A stretch of DNA of 63,828 nt, filler included, from a bacterium (GTDB taxonomy: Bacteria > UBP15 > UBA6099 > JAJRTR01): the NCBI GenBank assembly GCA_024278215.1. It is 3 parts of 3 records of this genome, joined end to end, with 100 filler letters (N's around TTAATTAATTAA, not from the genome) between each part and the next. Parts side by side here need not be neighbours in the genome. Positions count along the whole stretch, not along the records: positions 19,220 to 49,043 come from JAJRTR010000045.1; 2 more parts are not named here. One strand, written 5' to 3'. The stretch's first letter is position 1. Each line of letters begins with the position of its first letter. Made by a program: the position numbers and the translations under genes. Below, piece by piece: positions 30,269 to 39,689 of this stretch. The notes beneath the pieces are model-generated. The model was not told the DNA's origin, ran no database searches, and saw only the letters and a program-made list of their open reading frames with translations.

Positions 30269-30751
30269 ATGGAAGATAAAACACAGCAACTACAATCTGT
30301 TTTGCCGAAAGCCATCGGGCTGGCGTCGCTTGTGCCGAAACTTGTAAGACTCATGTTCGCTCTTTTCGGGGATAAGCGGGTCCCCGCATATTTAAAAATC
30401 CTCACGGCGGGTGCAGTTACTTATGTTGCGCTTCCGATAGATGTCCTGCCTGATTTTGTGCCGACAACCGGGGCGCTGGACGATGTGCTTGTTATTCTAT
30501 TGTTGCTCGTTCAGTATGCGAAAGTTTGTCCCGCAGATGTTTTCAATGAACACTGGGATGCGATAATGGGCGATGGGTTCGATGTCGAGGAAGAAGTGAA
30601 GCGGTCTATGCGCGCGCTCGAGCCCGTTGTCGGCGACAGATTCTCATCCATCAGGAACTGGATTGAGGATGCCGCAGAAAAAGTCGGCCAGAAAAGGAGA
30701 CTTGACGCGGCAACCCCCGCGGATGCAGAAAACATGGTCGAATCCGAATAA
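30269..30751 (+). CDS. DUF1232/YkvA family protein
   Basis: DKRVP..K....YVALPIDVLPDFVP..G.LDD; GAGGAG RBS. Confidence 0.85.
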   Translation: MEDKTQQLQSVLPKAIGLASLVPKLVRLMFALFGDKRVPAYLKILTAGAVTYVALPIDVLPDFVPTTGALDDVLVILLLLVQYAKVCPADVFNEHWDAIMGDGFDVEEEVKRSMRALEPVVGDRFSSIRNWIEDAAEKVGQKRRLDAATPADAENMVESE

Positions 30752-30840
30752 ATATTTCGGGCAATCAGCATTTTGCAATTTGCTCTTATGTCTTTTCAGT
30801 GTTGACACGACTCCGGCAACCTGTACGGCTACCTCCCAAT

Positions 30841-31153
30841 TCAGGACTCCTGACCTGGGAGAAGGGTAGAAAAGAGGGCAAGGCGAGAGTGGCACACAAA
30901 AAAGCGTATGAATAAAGGGAAAAAAGTTGACCTGACACGCGAAATCCTCACCACAGACGCGGACCTGATCCCCGACCATACAAACAACACCCTTACCATT
31001 CGCCTCCATCATCTCACAAATCACTCCTCAGACAACGCACTGCTCACCCTGATCGAAACTCTCAACGAATCACAGTCCCGTTATCCCAACACAAACCTTC
31101 GCCTCGTCTGTGAACTGGTGTCAAACTCTTTTCCTCCAGGTCAGGAGTCCTGA
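30841..31153 (+). mobile_element. 313-bp internally deleted IS derivative with both inverted repeats
   Basis: Perfect 18-bp IRs TCAGGACTCCTGACCTGG; contains a transposase C-terminus-like segment ADLIPD..TLTIRL...LNE...YPNTNLRL. Confidence 0.8.
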
Positions 31154-31254
31154 GGTACGTGCTCTCGTGGCGTCTGAGCATTTTCATAGATGCGGAGTTC
31201 TGCGTCGAGGCGCTGCCTGCGGCGCTTGTATGCGGGCGCCCGGAGATATTCAAC
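31153..31254 (+). pseudogene. IS3-family transposase (OrfB) fragment
   Basis: Translates RYVLSWRLSIFIDAEFCVEAL...GRPEIFN. Confidence 0.75.
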
Positions 31255-31340
31255 AAAAAACACACAAGTTCAGAATATATTTGATGGAATGCAACAGGAG
31301 GACATATAATAAGGAAAAGAAAAAGAAATCAGCATCTAAT

Positions 31341-31518
31341 GAGCCAATTGCAAAAATCTGATTCTGCTGCGGTCGGCTGCTATTGTCCATAGCTGCGTTG
31401 TCGGTGCAAAATCGTCCTCGACGTACTCTGCAAGTACGCCTGCGAGGATTTTACACCTCCGCCTTGTTCTGAACAATTTCGCTCGACCTCGCTACGAACA
31501 TAATTTTGCAATTGGCTC
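31341..31518 (-). mobile_element. 178-bp MITE, copy 2 (inverted)
   Basis: 15-bp perfect TIR GAGCCAATTGCAAAA; 4-bp direct repeat TAAT on both flanks. Confidence 0.88.
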
Positions 31519-31563
31519 TAATAAATAAATGAGGTGGAGCGCGAAATTATTGCGTAATTTCTT

Positions 31564-32733
31564 ATGGTAGACGATGTTATCAATGAAGTTAATGCTAAGA
31601 TTCGCAGCTATACGAACGAGCACGTGACAGAATGGAAGAACAGCGGCAGGCCTGTCATCGGCTATTTCTGCCACTATATGCCGGCGGAACTCATACTCGC
31701 CGCCGGTGCGCTGCCACTGAGGCTCAGGGGCGCGGGCTCGGAGGATTCGTCCGCAGGCGACGCATTCATGAGCGGCCGTGTCTGCACGTATGTCAGGCAC
31801 GTGATGAGCCTTGCCGTCGAGGGCGATTACGACTTTCTTGATGGTGAGATATGCCTCAACACTTGCGACCATGTGCGACGAGCCGCCGATCTTTTCGTTA
31901 AAAAAACAAACATCCCTTTTCACGGCTTCATCTCGCTTCCGCGCAACCCACGCGAAAGTCTGTATGGCAACCTGCTCAAAGAACTACGCAATCTGCGCGT
32001 CGCTCTACAGGATCATTTCGGTGTTGAAATCACCGATGATCGTCTCCGCGAAGCAATCATTGCGCTGAACAGGAACAGGCGGTTGCTTACTGAAATAAAT
32101 AATATGCGAAAAGAAGACAAACCGAAACTTTCCGGTGCGGAATCGCTTTCTGTGCATATCGCTTCGCAGGTTTTGCCGCCCGATGTTTTCGCTGGAATCG
32201 CCGAGCGTTTGATTAAAGAACTTAAAGACAGACCCGGTCTGGATTCGCCACGCGGCAGGCTTGTGATGCTGGGCGCGGAACTCGACGAACCCGACTATGT
32301 CGCGGTCATCGAGAGCCAGGGCGCGCTCGTCGTCGCCGACCTGCTGTGTTTTGGTCAGCGTTCAGTGCTCGACCCCATCGACGAAAACACGGACGACCCG
32401 CTCGATGCGATAGGACGGGCCTACTTCTTCAGACCGTCCTGCGCGAGAATGATAGGCGACTTCCCCGCAAGATGGGACAACCTTAACCGGATCGTAAGCG
32501 ACGCGCGTGCGGACGGTGTTATATTCACACGTCTCCTTTTCTGCGACCCATGGGGCGCGGAACAACATAACCTGCTGCACCGCGCGAAAAAAGGGAACAC
32601 ATTTCCTGTGCTTACACTTACAAAAGAATACGGCATCGTGCCTACCGGCCAGTTGCGGACACGTGTGCAGGCGTTTCTGGAAAAAATCGAAATTGCTCGT
32701 GCAAAAAGAGACGCAGTTGGAGGTGCTGTGTGA
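31564..32733 (+). CDS. 2-hydroxyacyl-CoA dehydratase/benzoyl-CoA reductase family subunit (beta/FldC/BcrC-like) 1
   Basis: GYFCHYMPAEL, CTYVR, TCDHVRR, SCARM, FCDPW, GQLRTRVQAFLE. Confidence 0.9.
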   Translation: MVDDVINEVNAKIRSYTNEHVTEWKNSGRPVIGYFCHYMPAELILAAGALPLRLRGAGSEDSSAGDAFMSGRVCTYVRHVMSLAVEGDYDFLDGEICLNTCDHVRRAADLFVKKTNIPFHGFISLPRNPRESLYGNLLKELRNLRVALQDHFGVEITDDRLREAIIALNRNRRLLTEINNMRKEDKPKLSGAESLSVHIASQVLPPDVFAGIAERLIKELKDRPGLDSPRGRLVMLGAELDEPDYVAVIESQGALVVADLLCFGQRSVLDPIDENTDDPLDAIGRAYFFRPSCARMIGDFPARWDNLNRIVSDARADGVIFTRLLFCDPWGAEQHNLLHRAKKGNTFPVLTLTKEYGIVPTGQLRTRVQAFLEKIEIARAKRDAVGGAV

Positions 32734-34046
32734 CAGTTGACGAGATGGTTGGCAAACCCGAGTGGCGCAGCATCCTCGAGTCGCTGCCGGTGATAAAGAG
32801 ATTTTTCGAAGGCGACCCCGACAGCCACGGCATAAACGCGCTTATGCGTGGAATGTCTATCTATCTGGAAAAACTCGTCGATAATCTCGAACGCGAAAAC
32901 CCTGCCGTGTGGTATAACCTCGGTTTCAATTCAGAACTCATATACGCGCTGGACGGCGGCGCGGCGGCCCTGCCTATCGAGGCGCTCGGCGTGATGCACA
33001 ATCTGCTCGGCGACATTAAAATATCGATGGATTTTATTGACACGGCGCAGGCCGAAGGTGTGCCGTCCGACTGCTGCTCGGCCGACAAACTCGCTATCGG
33101 CACTCTCCACAGGGGACTCTATCCGAAACCCGCTTGCACTGTCGGCATAAACACGCCGTGCGATTCGCAGGTGATGGCGACACAGGTGATGGCGGAAATG
33201 TCGGATGCTCCTTTTTTCGTTGTGGATGTACCCTATTATCATAATGATGAAACTGTACGGCAGGTGGCGGCGCAACTCGAAGAACTTATTCCGTTTCTCG
33301 AAGAAAACACTGGTCGCAGGATCGATTTCGACAGGCTGCGCGAGGTTTGCGAACTCTCGAATAAGATGACCGAGAATATATGGGAATGGCTCGAATGGCG
33401 AAAAAACACGCCGCTTGCGCAGTCGAGTAAACTTGTGGCGTTCACTCTTATACTTCAGATTCTTTTCGCGGGCACACAGGAAGGTGTCGACATTACGGAA
33501 GGTCTCAAACGCGAAGCACTCGAACGCACCGAACGCGGTGAGAGGTTCTTCGAGGAGCGTGTACGCGCTGTATGGTATCAGGACCCCGTGTGGACGGACA
33601 TGCAGATGTACGACTGGTTCGAGCACGAACTGGGGCTTACTGTGCCGATTGATGTTTTCGGCTACTATGCCAACGAAGGACTCATCGACACATCGACACG
33701 CGAAACGATGATCTACGGGCTTGCGCGAAAGATTGCAAACTGTCATCCGATGGCACGCCAGTTCAGGAGCAACATCGACGTATATATCCGCGACTTTATG
33801 CACATGCTCGAATCGTGGAACGCCGACTGCTGTATATTCGCGGGGCATATAGCGTGCAAACACGCATGGGGCGGTATCGGCTTGTTTAAAGAAGCGTGCC
33901 GACGGGCGGATGTGCCGCTGCTCGTGTTCGAGTTCGACATGTTCGATCCGCGAATCACATCCTACGACGATGTGTATTTCGAGGTTGACCGCTTTGTCAA
34001 TGAAATTGTTTATCCACGCAAGCTTAGAGCAGGAAAGGCGGGTTGA
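32730..34046 (+). CDS. 2-hydroxyacyl-CoA dehydratase family subunit (alpha/FldB/BcrB-like) 1
   Basis: EGVPSDCCS, PCDSQ, DVPY, GHIACKH, EFDMFDPR; GTGA overlap. Confidence 0.88.
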   Translation: MTVDEMVGKPEWRSILESLPVIKRFFEGDPDSHGINALMRGMSIYLEKLVDNLERENPAVWYNLGFNSELIYALDGGAAALPIEALGVMHNLLGDIKISMDFIDTAQAEGVPSDCCSADKLAIGTLHRGLYPKPACTVGINTPCDSQVMATQVMAEMSDAPFFVVDVPYYHNDETVRQVAAQLEELIPFLEENTGRRIDFDRLREVCELSNKMTENIWEWLEWRKNTPLAQSSKLVAFTLILQILFAGTQEGVDITEGLKREALERTERGERFFEERVRAVWYQDPVWTDMQMYDWFEHELGLTVPIDVFGYYANEGLIDTSTRETMIYGLARKIANCHPMARQFRSNIDVYIRDFMHMLESWNADCCIFAGHIACKHAWGGIGLFKEACRRADVPLLVFEFDMFDPRITSYDDVYFEVDRFVNEIVYPRKLRAGKAG

Positions 34047-34056
34047 AAGAGGTGCG

Positions 34057-34857
34057 ATGGCTGTAACAGCAGGAGTTGATATCGGATCGACGGCGTCGAA
34101 AGCCGTCGTGCTTATAGATGGAAAAACCGCAGGACAGATCATAGGGCCGAGTTCGACAAATCCCAAGCGAACCGCCCGCGAGATATATAACAGTGCGCTC
34201 GATCATGCAGGCGTTTCCGCTGCTGATGTCGCTTATGTCGTCGGCACGGGTTATGGCCGCACACAGGTCGAGTTCGCGGATAAAAATGTTTCGGAAATAA
34301 CGTGCCACGGACGAGGCGCGCATTTCCTGTGTCCCACTGCGCGTACGGTGATCGACATAGGCGGACAGGACACGAAGGCAGTGTGCATCGACTCGGAAGG
34401 CAATCTGCTCGACTTTGTTATGAACGACAAATGCGCGGCTGGTACCGGCCGTTTTCTCGAAGCTATGGCGCGCTCGATGGAACTGCCTGTCGAGGAGATG
34501 GGACAGCACTACTTCACCGGCGGCGATCCATGCACGATCACGAGCATGTGCAGCGTGTTCGCCGAAAGCGAGGTCATCAACCTGATAAACGACGGAGTGG
34601 AACTTCCCCGAATCGTCAAGGGACTCCTGCTGTCGCTCGCTGTGCGCGTTTCGTCGCTCGCGCGGCGACTGGGCATTATCGAGGATGTTGTGATGACGGG
34701 CGGTGTGGCAAAGAATAAGGGCGTTTACGATGCGATTGAAAAGAAACTCAAGATAAAAATGAAAAGTTTCGGTGACACTGATCCGCAACTTGTGGGCGCG
34801 CTGGGAGCTGCGCTTGTCGCCGCCGACTTCGCGGGGGCAGGCACAGTAAGTGGATAA
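34057..34857 (+). CDS. ATP-dependent acyl-CoA dehydratase activase (HgdC/BcrA-D family, ASKHA) 1
   Basis: GVDIGSTASK, TGYGR, EITCH, DIGGQDTK, MNDKCAAGTG, CSVFAESE, GALGAA. Confidence 0.95.
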   Translation: MAVTAGVDIGSTASKAVVLIDGKTAGQIIGPSSTNPKRTAREIYNSALDHAGVSAADVAYVVGTGYGRTQVEFADKNVSEITCHGRGAHFLCPTARTVIDIGGQDTKAVCIDSEGNLLDFVMNDKCAAGTGRFLEAMARSMELPVEEMGQHYFTGGDPCTITSMCSVFAESEVINLINDGVELPRIVKGLLLSLAVRVSSLARRLGIIEDVVMTGGVAKNKGVYDAIEKKLKIKMKSFGDTDPQLVGALGAALVAADFAGAGTVSG

Positions 34858-34878
34858 TGTGAATGTTCGGAATCTTAT

Positions 34879-35691
34879 ATGAATGAAACCGCCGAATCAA
34901 CAATGAATATCAGCGGTGACAACATTCGCTGCGCAATCGCGGGTGATATGGAACCGCTCATTATGCGTGTCAGGACGTTCTTGCAGAACACATTATCACA
35001 ATCATTGTCATCTGAAGCGATCGACTATGAAACGCTTCGCCGGACATTCGGTTACTCTCGCAGTAAGAAGAAAACGGCGGAAGTCATTATCGGCGGCGAC
35101 ATCGGACTCGAACTCGGACATCCGTCTACAGAATCGTTATGTTTCGTTCTGACAACTACAAAAGCGGAGCTTGTTGCTGATGGCCTGATTACCGTCATAG
35201 GGCCGGATGCGGGAAATATAATAACAAAGGAAAAGCGTCCTTTCGCGCAGGTGATAATGGTCGCAACTGAATCCGGAGCGGACATCGACCCATTTTCGCT
35301 GGACAGCGCGCAATATCTGATGCAGAGGCTGGACGGCTATATGGTCAGGTCGGTGCCGGGCAGACTATGGTCGCGTTTAAGCAGGAAGTGTATGGCTGAC
35401 GGACTCGATCTTCATGTTGTCGGCTCTGCGCTTGCAGATTTTTTCAAACACGAATTCGCCGGTGTGTCAAAAGCGGAGATACTTTTCGTCACATCCAGTG
35501 CGGAAGATGTGCTTTCACTTAAACCGATCGAAACCGAGGCTTCGATACTTGCGGGAAAACACAAAAAACTTTTCCTCGGACTGGACGGAGTTGTGGAATG
35601 CAGCGAGTTGAATTGTGAAGTATGCGACGAAAAACCTGTGTGCGACAGCCTCAGGGACATTGTAGTTAAACGGAGGCGAATAAAACGATGA
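34879..35691 (+). CDS. Acetyl-CoA synthase (AcsB/CdhC) middle-domain-like protein with C-terminal Cys cluster
   Basis: LELGHP, DGLITVIGPD, LWSRLSR, G..L...FK.EF; ends C-x4-C-x2-C-x5-C; no A-cluster domain. Confidence 0.7.
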   Translation: MNETAESTMNISGDNIRCAIAGDMEPLIMRVRTFLQNTLSQSLSSEAIDYETLRRTFGYSRSKKKTAEVIIGGDIGLELGHPSTESLCFVLTTTKAELVADGLITVIGPDAGNIITKEKRPFAQVIMVATESGADIDPFSLDSAQYLMQRLDGYMVRSVPGRLWSRLSRKCMADGLDLHVVGSALADFFKHEFAGVSKAEILFVTSSAEDVLSLKPIETEASILAGKHKKLFLGLDGVVECSELNCEVCDEKPVCDSLRDIVVKRRRIKR

Positions 35692-36350
35692 GCACGGAAA
35701 CACTTTCAAGGCCGTTGATACTGTCATCATTCTACATGCGGCTGGCTTCGATGGAGGAAATAGTCAGAATCGTGCTTTCCGAAGCGGAACTCAGCGCGCT
35801 GCTGACTTTCAGGGGCGCGCCCGAAAAGAAAGTGCTGCTGGACTACAGGCGGCGGCCTGCCCGCCTGGAGGTTGACGGACCGGAGAAATCAGCGAATATA
35901 TTTTTGACTATCGATGCCGATATCATGCACGAGGTGATGCTTGATCGTGTAAAACCGGGGGTCGCGCTTGCGCATCGCGAAATGCTGCTGAGGGGCAGCG
36001 CGTGCGATCTTGCAAAATTCATTCAATTACTCGAATTCGGCCCCATGCTGTACGACGAACATGCCGCGGATATCGGACTTGAAGGCTTCGCGAGATATAA
36101 AAACAACAGTCTCCTTTCGGAGGAACAACTTATGAACGAAAAGACATTTGAAGGTAACCCGATACCTGTTGTTAAGGTCTCGGCGGGCGAGAAGGCCGCA
36201 ACAGGCATAATAAACAGGCTTGGCTATGCTGTCGGCTATGCGCTCGGAGTACTGCGGTACAGGCTGCTGAAAAAACTCAGCCTGTTCGAGGTTCTGACAT
36301 GGATGTCGAAGGGGCTCGAGGCCGCACGTCCTGAAAGACCGAAGGAATAA
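35688..36350 (+). CDS. SCP2-like lipid/sterol-binding domain protein with C-terminal extension
   Basis: ANIFLTIDADIMHEVMLDRVKPGVALAHREMLLRGS resembles the SCP2 core; ATGA overlap. Confidence 0.55.
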   Translation: MSTETLSRPLILSSFYMRLASMEEIVRIVLSEAELSALLTFRGAPEKKVLLDYRRRPARLEVDGPEKSANIFLTIDADIMHEVMLDRVKPGVALAHREMLLRGSACDLAKFIQLLEFGPMLYDEHAADIGLEGFARYKNNSLLSEEQLMNEKTFEGNPIPVVKVSAGEKAATGIINRLGYAVGYALGVLRYRLLKKLSLFEVLTWMSKGLEAARPERPKE

Positions 36351-37135
36351 TGCCATCAGGAAACAGTAACAACAAACCTGTAGTCGCTGTGTGCGGCAAG
36401 GGCGGCGTCGGTAAAACAGTTTTCTGTGCACTGTTCGCAAAAGCGCTTGTTGAAGCGGGTTGGGTGCCGATGCTTCTCGTGGATGCCGACCCTGTGGGTG
36501 GACTCATCAGGGCTATCGGCGAAACCGTGAAGAAAACTATTGCATCGGCGCGCAGCGAACTTATCGCTTCGGCGAGAAATGCCGGTGCTGAAGATAAAAG
36601 CAGGATAGCGCGGCAACTCGATTATTACTTGCTCGAAACCCTTGAGGAGCGCGACAGCTACTCGATGCTCGCTATAGGCAGGTCGCCCGAAAAAGGATGT
36701 TTCTGCCCCGCGAACACGCTGTTGCGCGAAGCGATAAACGCTGTCGCAGAGCCGTTCGCTTTTGTGCTCATAGACGCCGAGGCCGGTGTAGAACAGATAA
36801 AAAGAGAAGTGACGAGAAATGTTACGGACATAATTGTAGTGCATGACGGCTCGATGCGTAGCGCGGAGGCACTCGAGTATATAGCGGACCTTGCGGGCGG
36901 CATTCGCACATTCTCTGTAGCGAACAGAAGTGAAGAAGGCAATAATATAGAGCTCCCTGCCTGTGTTCGTATGCTTGGCCATGTGCCTGAAGATGAAGAC
37001 GTGAGAGACTATGACCGCGCGGGCCGCCCTTTATGGGAATTGCCGAATGACAACTATGCAACGAATGCGGTAAGGAACATACAGAAGAACTATTCAGAGT
37101 TTACAGTGGAAACGCAACATGAGCCGAGTGAGTGA
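36350..37135 (+). CDS. cooC: CooC/AcsF-type nickel-insertion ATPase
   Basis: GKGGVGKT, VDADP, GCFCP.N (CxC Ni motif), DAEAGVE. Confidence 0.85.
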   Translation: MPSGNSNNKPVVAVCGKGGVGKTVFCALFAKALVEAGWVPMLLVDADPVGGLIRAIGETVKKTIASARSELIASARNAGAEDKSRIARQLDYYLLETLEERDSYSMLAIGRSPEKGCFCPANTLLREAINAVAEPFAFVLIDAEAGVEQIKREVTRNVTDIIVVHDGSMRSAEALEYIADLAGGIRTFSVANRSEEGNNIELPACVRMLGHVPEDEDVRDYDRAGRPLWELPNDNYATNAVRNIQKNYSEFTVETQHEPSE

Positions 37136-38246
37136 GACAGGTTTCTCCGGACTGCTCGATCTGCCGTTGAACCGGCTCGTCGATAAAGCACGCGACGAGG
37201 GCGGCAGGATAATCGGGTATACTTGCAGCTATGTGCCCGAGCCGCTTATCAGTGTCGACGGCCTCGTCCCTATCCGTATGCGCGCGCCGGGTGTCTCAGG
37301 CACACCGCTCGCTGATACCTACATGTCAAGTGTTATCTGTTCGTACACACGCAGCATACTCGAATTCGCCCTCGACGGCTTCTACAACGAACTCGACGGA
37401 TGGGTTTTTACCGCGAGTTGCGACCATCTGCGACGCCTGTACGATAACCTTTCATATCTCGAAAACCCACCCTTCAATTACATGATCGACCTGCCACATA
37501 AGATTAGCGAGCCGGCGATAAGCTGGTTCCACGAAGAACTTAAACTACTCGCGGGAGCGCTCTCCGCCGACTTCGGCGTCGACACCGGACCGGACGCTCT
37601 GCGAAATGCTATTGCCAAACTGAACAGTTTCAATGCGATCCTTCGTGAGATCGGCGAGATGCGAAAAGAAGACACACCTCCAATATCCGGTCGCGACTTC
37701 CACGAGATCGTGGCTGCCTGCGCGTCTTCACCAAAGTACTTGCTGAAAGATAAAATATGCAAATATCACGAGTCACTGAAACGCAACGACGGAACAGATG
37801 ATTACAGGGCGCGGCTGATGCTGGTAGGCAGCCAGTTGGACGACCCCGAATATATCAGCGTAATTGAATCTGTAGGCGGACTTGTAGTCGCCGACCGCTG
37901 CTGCCTTGGCTCATTCCCCGGCCTTGCGCACATCGAATGCGGCACTGACCCGCTCCGCTCGCTCGCCGAACACTATCTCGCCAAAACTTCCTGCCCGCGC
38001 ATGATGGAGGAGTTCGACAGCAGGATTGAAAACATTATCGGTATTGCGCGTGAATACCGCGTCGATGGAATAATTATCGAGACGATGAAATTCTGCGACT
38101 GCTGGGGCGTGGACTCCGGACTGCTGGTATCGGCACTCCGCGACCGTAATATACCGGTGCTCCGGCTCGAACGGGAATACTCGCTTTCCGGCGAAGGACA
38201 GATACGCACGCGTGTGCAGGCATTCATCGAAAGCATGGGCAAATAG
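37119..38246 (+). CDS. 2-hydroxyacyl-CoA dehydratase family subunit (beta-like) 2
   Basis: GYTCSYVPE, CSYTR, SCDHLRR, SCPRM, FCDCW, GQIRTRVQAFIE. Confidence 0.9.
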   Translation: MSRVSETGFSGLLDLPLNRLVDKARDEGGRIIGYTCSYVPEPLISVDGLVPIRMRAPGVSGTPLADTYMSSVICSYTRSILEFALDGFYNELDGWVFTASCDHLRRLYDNLSYLENPPFNYMIDLPHKISEPAISWFHEELKLLAGALSADFGVDTGPDALRNAIAKLNSFNAILREIGEMRKEDTPPISGRDFHEIVAACASSPKYLLKDKICKYHESLKRNDGTDDYRARLMLVGSQLDDPEYISVIESVGGLVVADRCCLGSFPGLAHIECGTDPLRSLAEHYLAKTSCPRMMEEFDSRIENIIGIAREYRVDGIIIETMKFCDCWGVDSGLLVSALRDRNIPVLRLEREYSLSGEGQIRTRVQAFIESMGK

Positions 38247-38250
38247 ATAT

Positions 38251-39687
38251 ATGGCAACAAATAAATTCAGCGCACAATGGCTGGTGGATAATGCCGTTCG
38301 CGGTACCTACTGGCTCGAAAACTGGCTGAAAATCGGCTGGCTCGGCGGCAAAAGAGGTCCGTTCTTTATCCGCAGCAAGCTCGAGCAGTTCCCATGGATG
38401 TGGAACATCATGCGCGCCAACCAACTGCTGAATATGGTCACCCGCACACGCAGTGGCCCTTATCTCGAAGCCAACGCCGTGGTGATCACGAATCTTGTGG
38501 GAAGCATTATGGAAATGGTGGACGGGATATTCGCGAGAAAAAGCGATACTGTACTGCATGAAGACCTTGTGCCGCCGGAGATTCTGTATGGTATGGGACT
38601 GAATCCATGGATGGCCGAGTTTCTCGGCATCGTCGTCCCGCTGATAAACCAGACCACGATGGAACATTACATAGATGTTGCCGAGAACGAGGGCATCCCG
38701 CCCGACGTGTGCAGTTTGCCGAAAAGCACCATGGGCCTCGCGCTCGAACATGAACTCCCTGATCCGGTTGCGATAATTTCGTCCAATATGCCTTGTGACG
38801 GCGGCATGAATTCTTACTCGCTGATCGAACAACAATACGATGCGCCCGCATACAGACTCGATGTTCCCTACGACTTCTATAACGAACGTGCAATAGACTA
38901 CTTCGTCGGCGAACTGGCTCGCATGATCGACTGGCTCGAACAGAACACGCCCGGCCGCATGGACTGGAACCGCATGCGCGGCGTGTGCGAGGAACGCAAC
39001 AGGTATGTCGAACTCGAACTCGACCTGTGGGATATGGTACACGAGGTGCCCGCGCCTATGGCTGCCGAGCCGATATACCTGACGCATCTTATGTTCGGCA
39101 TCGCGCAGCCGGGCCACCCGCGCGGCACTCGCACTATGCAGCGTGTGATCGACCTCGCTTCGAAGATCAGACACAAAGGCGGCGGCGCGTTCGGCGACGA
39201 ACGCTACAGGGTGATACTCTGGAATCCGCCTACCCTTATATTTCAGGACATTTTTGTGTGGGCCGAGCAGGCTTACGGCGTTGCGATGGTTATGGACATG
39301 CTTACTTATCATCGTCATCCATATATCGACACATCAACGCCGGAGTCTATGTTGCGCGGCATCGCCCATTGCATGATGCAAGGTCCTATGGCGCGACACA
39401 CACGCGGACCGGCGGAGAACTTTTTCAGCGATCTTTTCGATATTTACGAGCGGTTCAACGCCGATATGATATGGATGGCGGGCCACATCGGCTGCAAAAA
39501 CACACAGGCGCTCAACGGCATGTTCCGCGAGAAATGCCGTGAACGCGGCATACCGTTGCTGTTCATCGACTACGACCTTTCCGACACTCGCATCGTTCCG
39601 CCTGAAGGCATTCGACGTCAGATCGAGCAGTTTATGGAAACCGTGATGAATGCGGAGCGGCTCGATTCCGGCAGGGAGGATGATTGA
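38251..39687 (+). CDS. 2-hydroxyacyl-CoA dehydratase family subunit (alpha-like) 2
   Basis: EGIPPDVCS, PCDGG, LDVPY, GHIGCKN, DYDLSDTR. Confidence 0.88.
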   Translation: MATNKFSAQWLVDNAVRGTYWLENWLKIGWLGGKRGPFFIRSKLEQFPWMWNIMRANQLLNMVTRTRSGPYLEANAVVITNLVGSIMEMVDGIFARKSDTVLHEDLVPPEILYGMGLNPWMAEFLGIVVPLINQTTMEHYIDVAENEGIPPDVCSLPKSTMGLALEHELPDPVAIISSNMPCDGGMNSYSLIEQQYDAPAYRLDVPYDFYNERAIDYFVGELARMIDWLEQNTPGRMDWNRMRGVCEERNRYVELELDLWDMVHEVPAPMAAEPIYLTHLMFGIAQPGHPRGTRTMQRVIDLASKIRHKGGGAFGDERYRVILWNPPTLIFQDIFVWAEQAYGVAMVMDMLTYHRHPYIDTSTPESMLRGIAHCMMQGPMARHTRGPAENFFSDLFDIYERFNADMIWMAGHIGCKNTQALNGMFREKCRERGIPLLFIDYDLSDTRIVPPEGIRRQIEQFMETVMNAERLDSGREDD

Positions 39688-39689
39688 TA

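Noticed and set aside
34879-35691. Wood-Ljungdahl pathway locus
   Set aside because: The ACS-like protein lacks the A-cluster domain, and there are no acsC/D/E genes in the window
31564-39687. Calling the cluster benzoyl-CoA reductase or a double-cubane cluster protein
   Set aside because: Four catalytic-type subunits, no aromatic-degradation genes nearby, and the full double-cubane Cys pattern is not evident; phylogeny is needed
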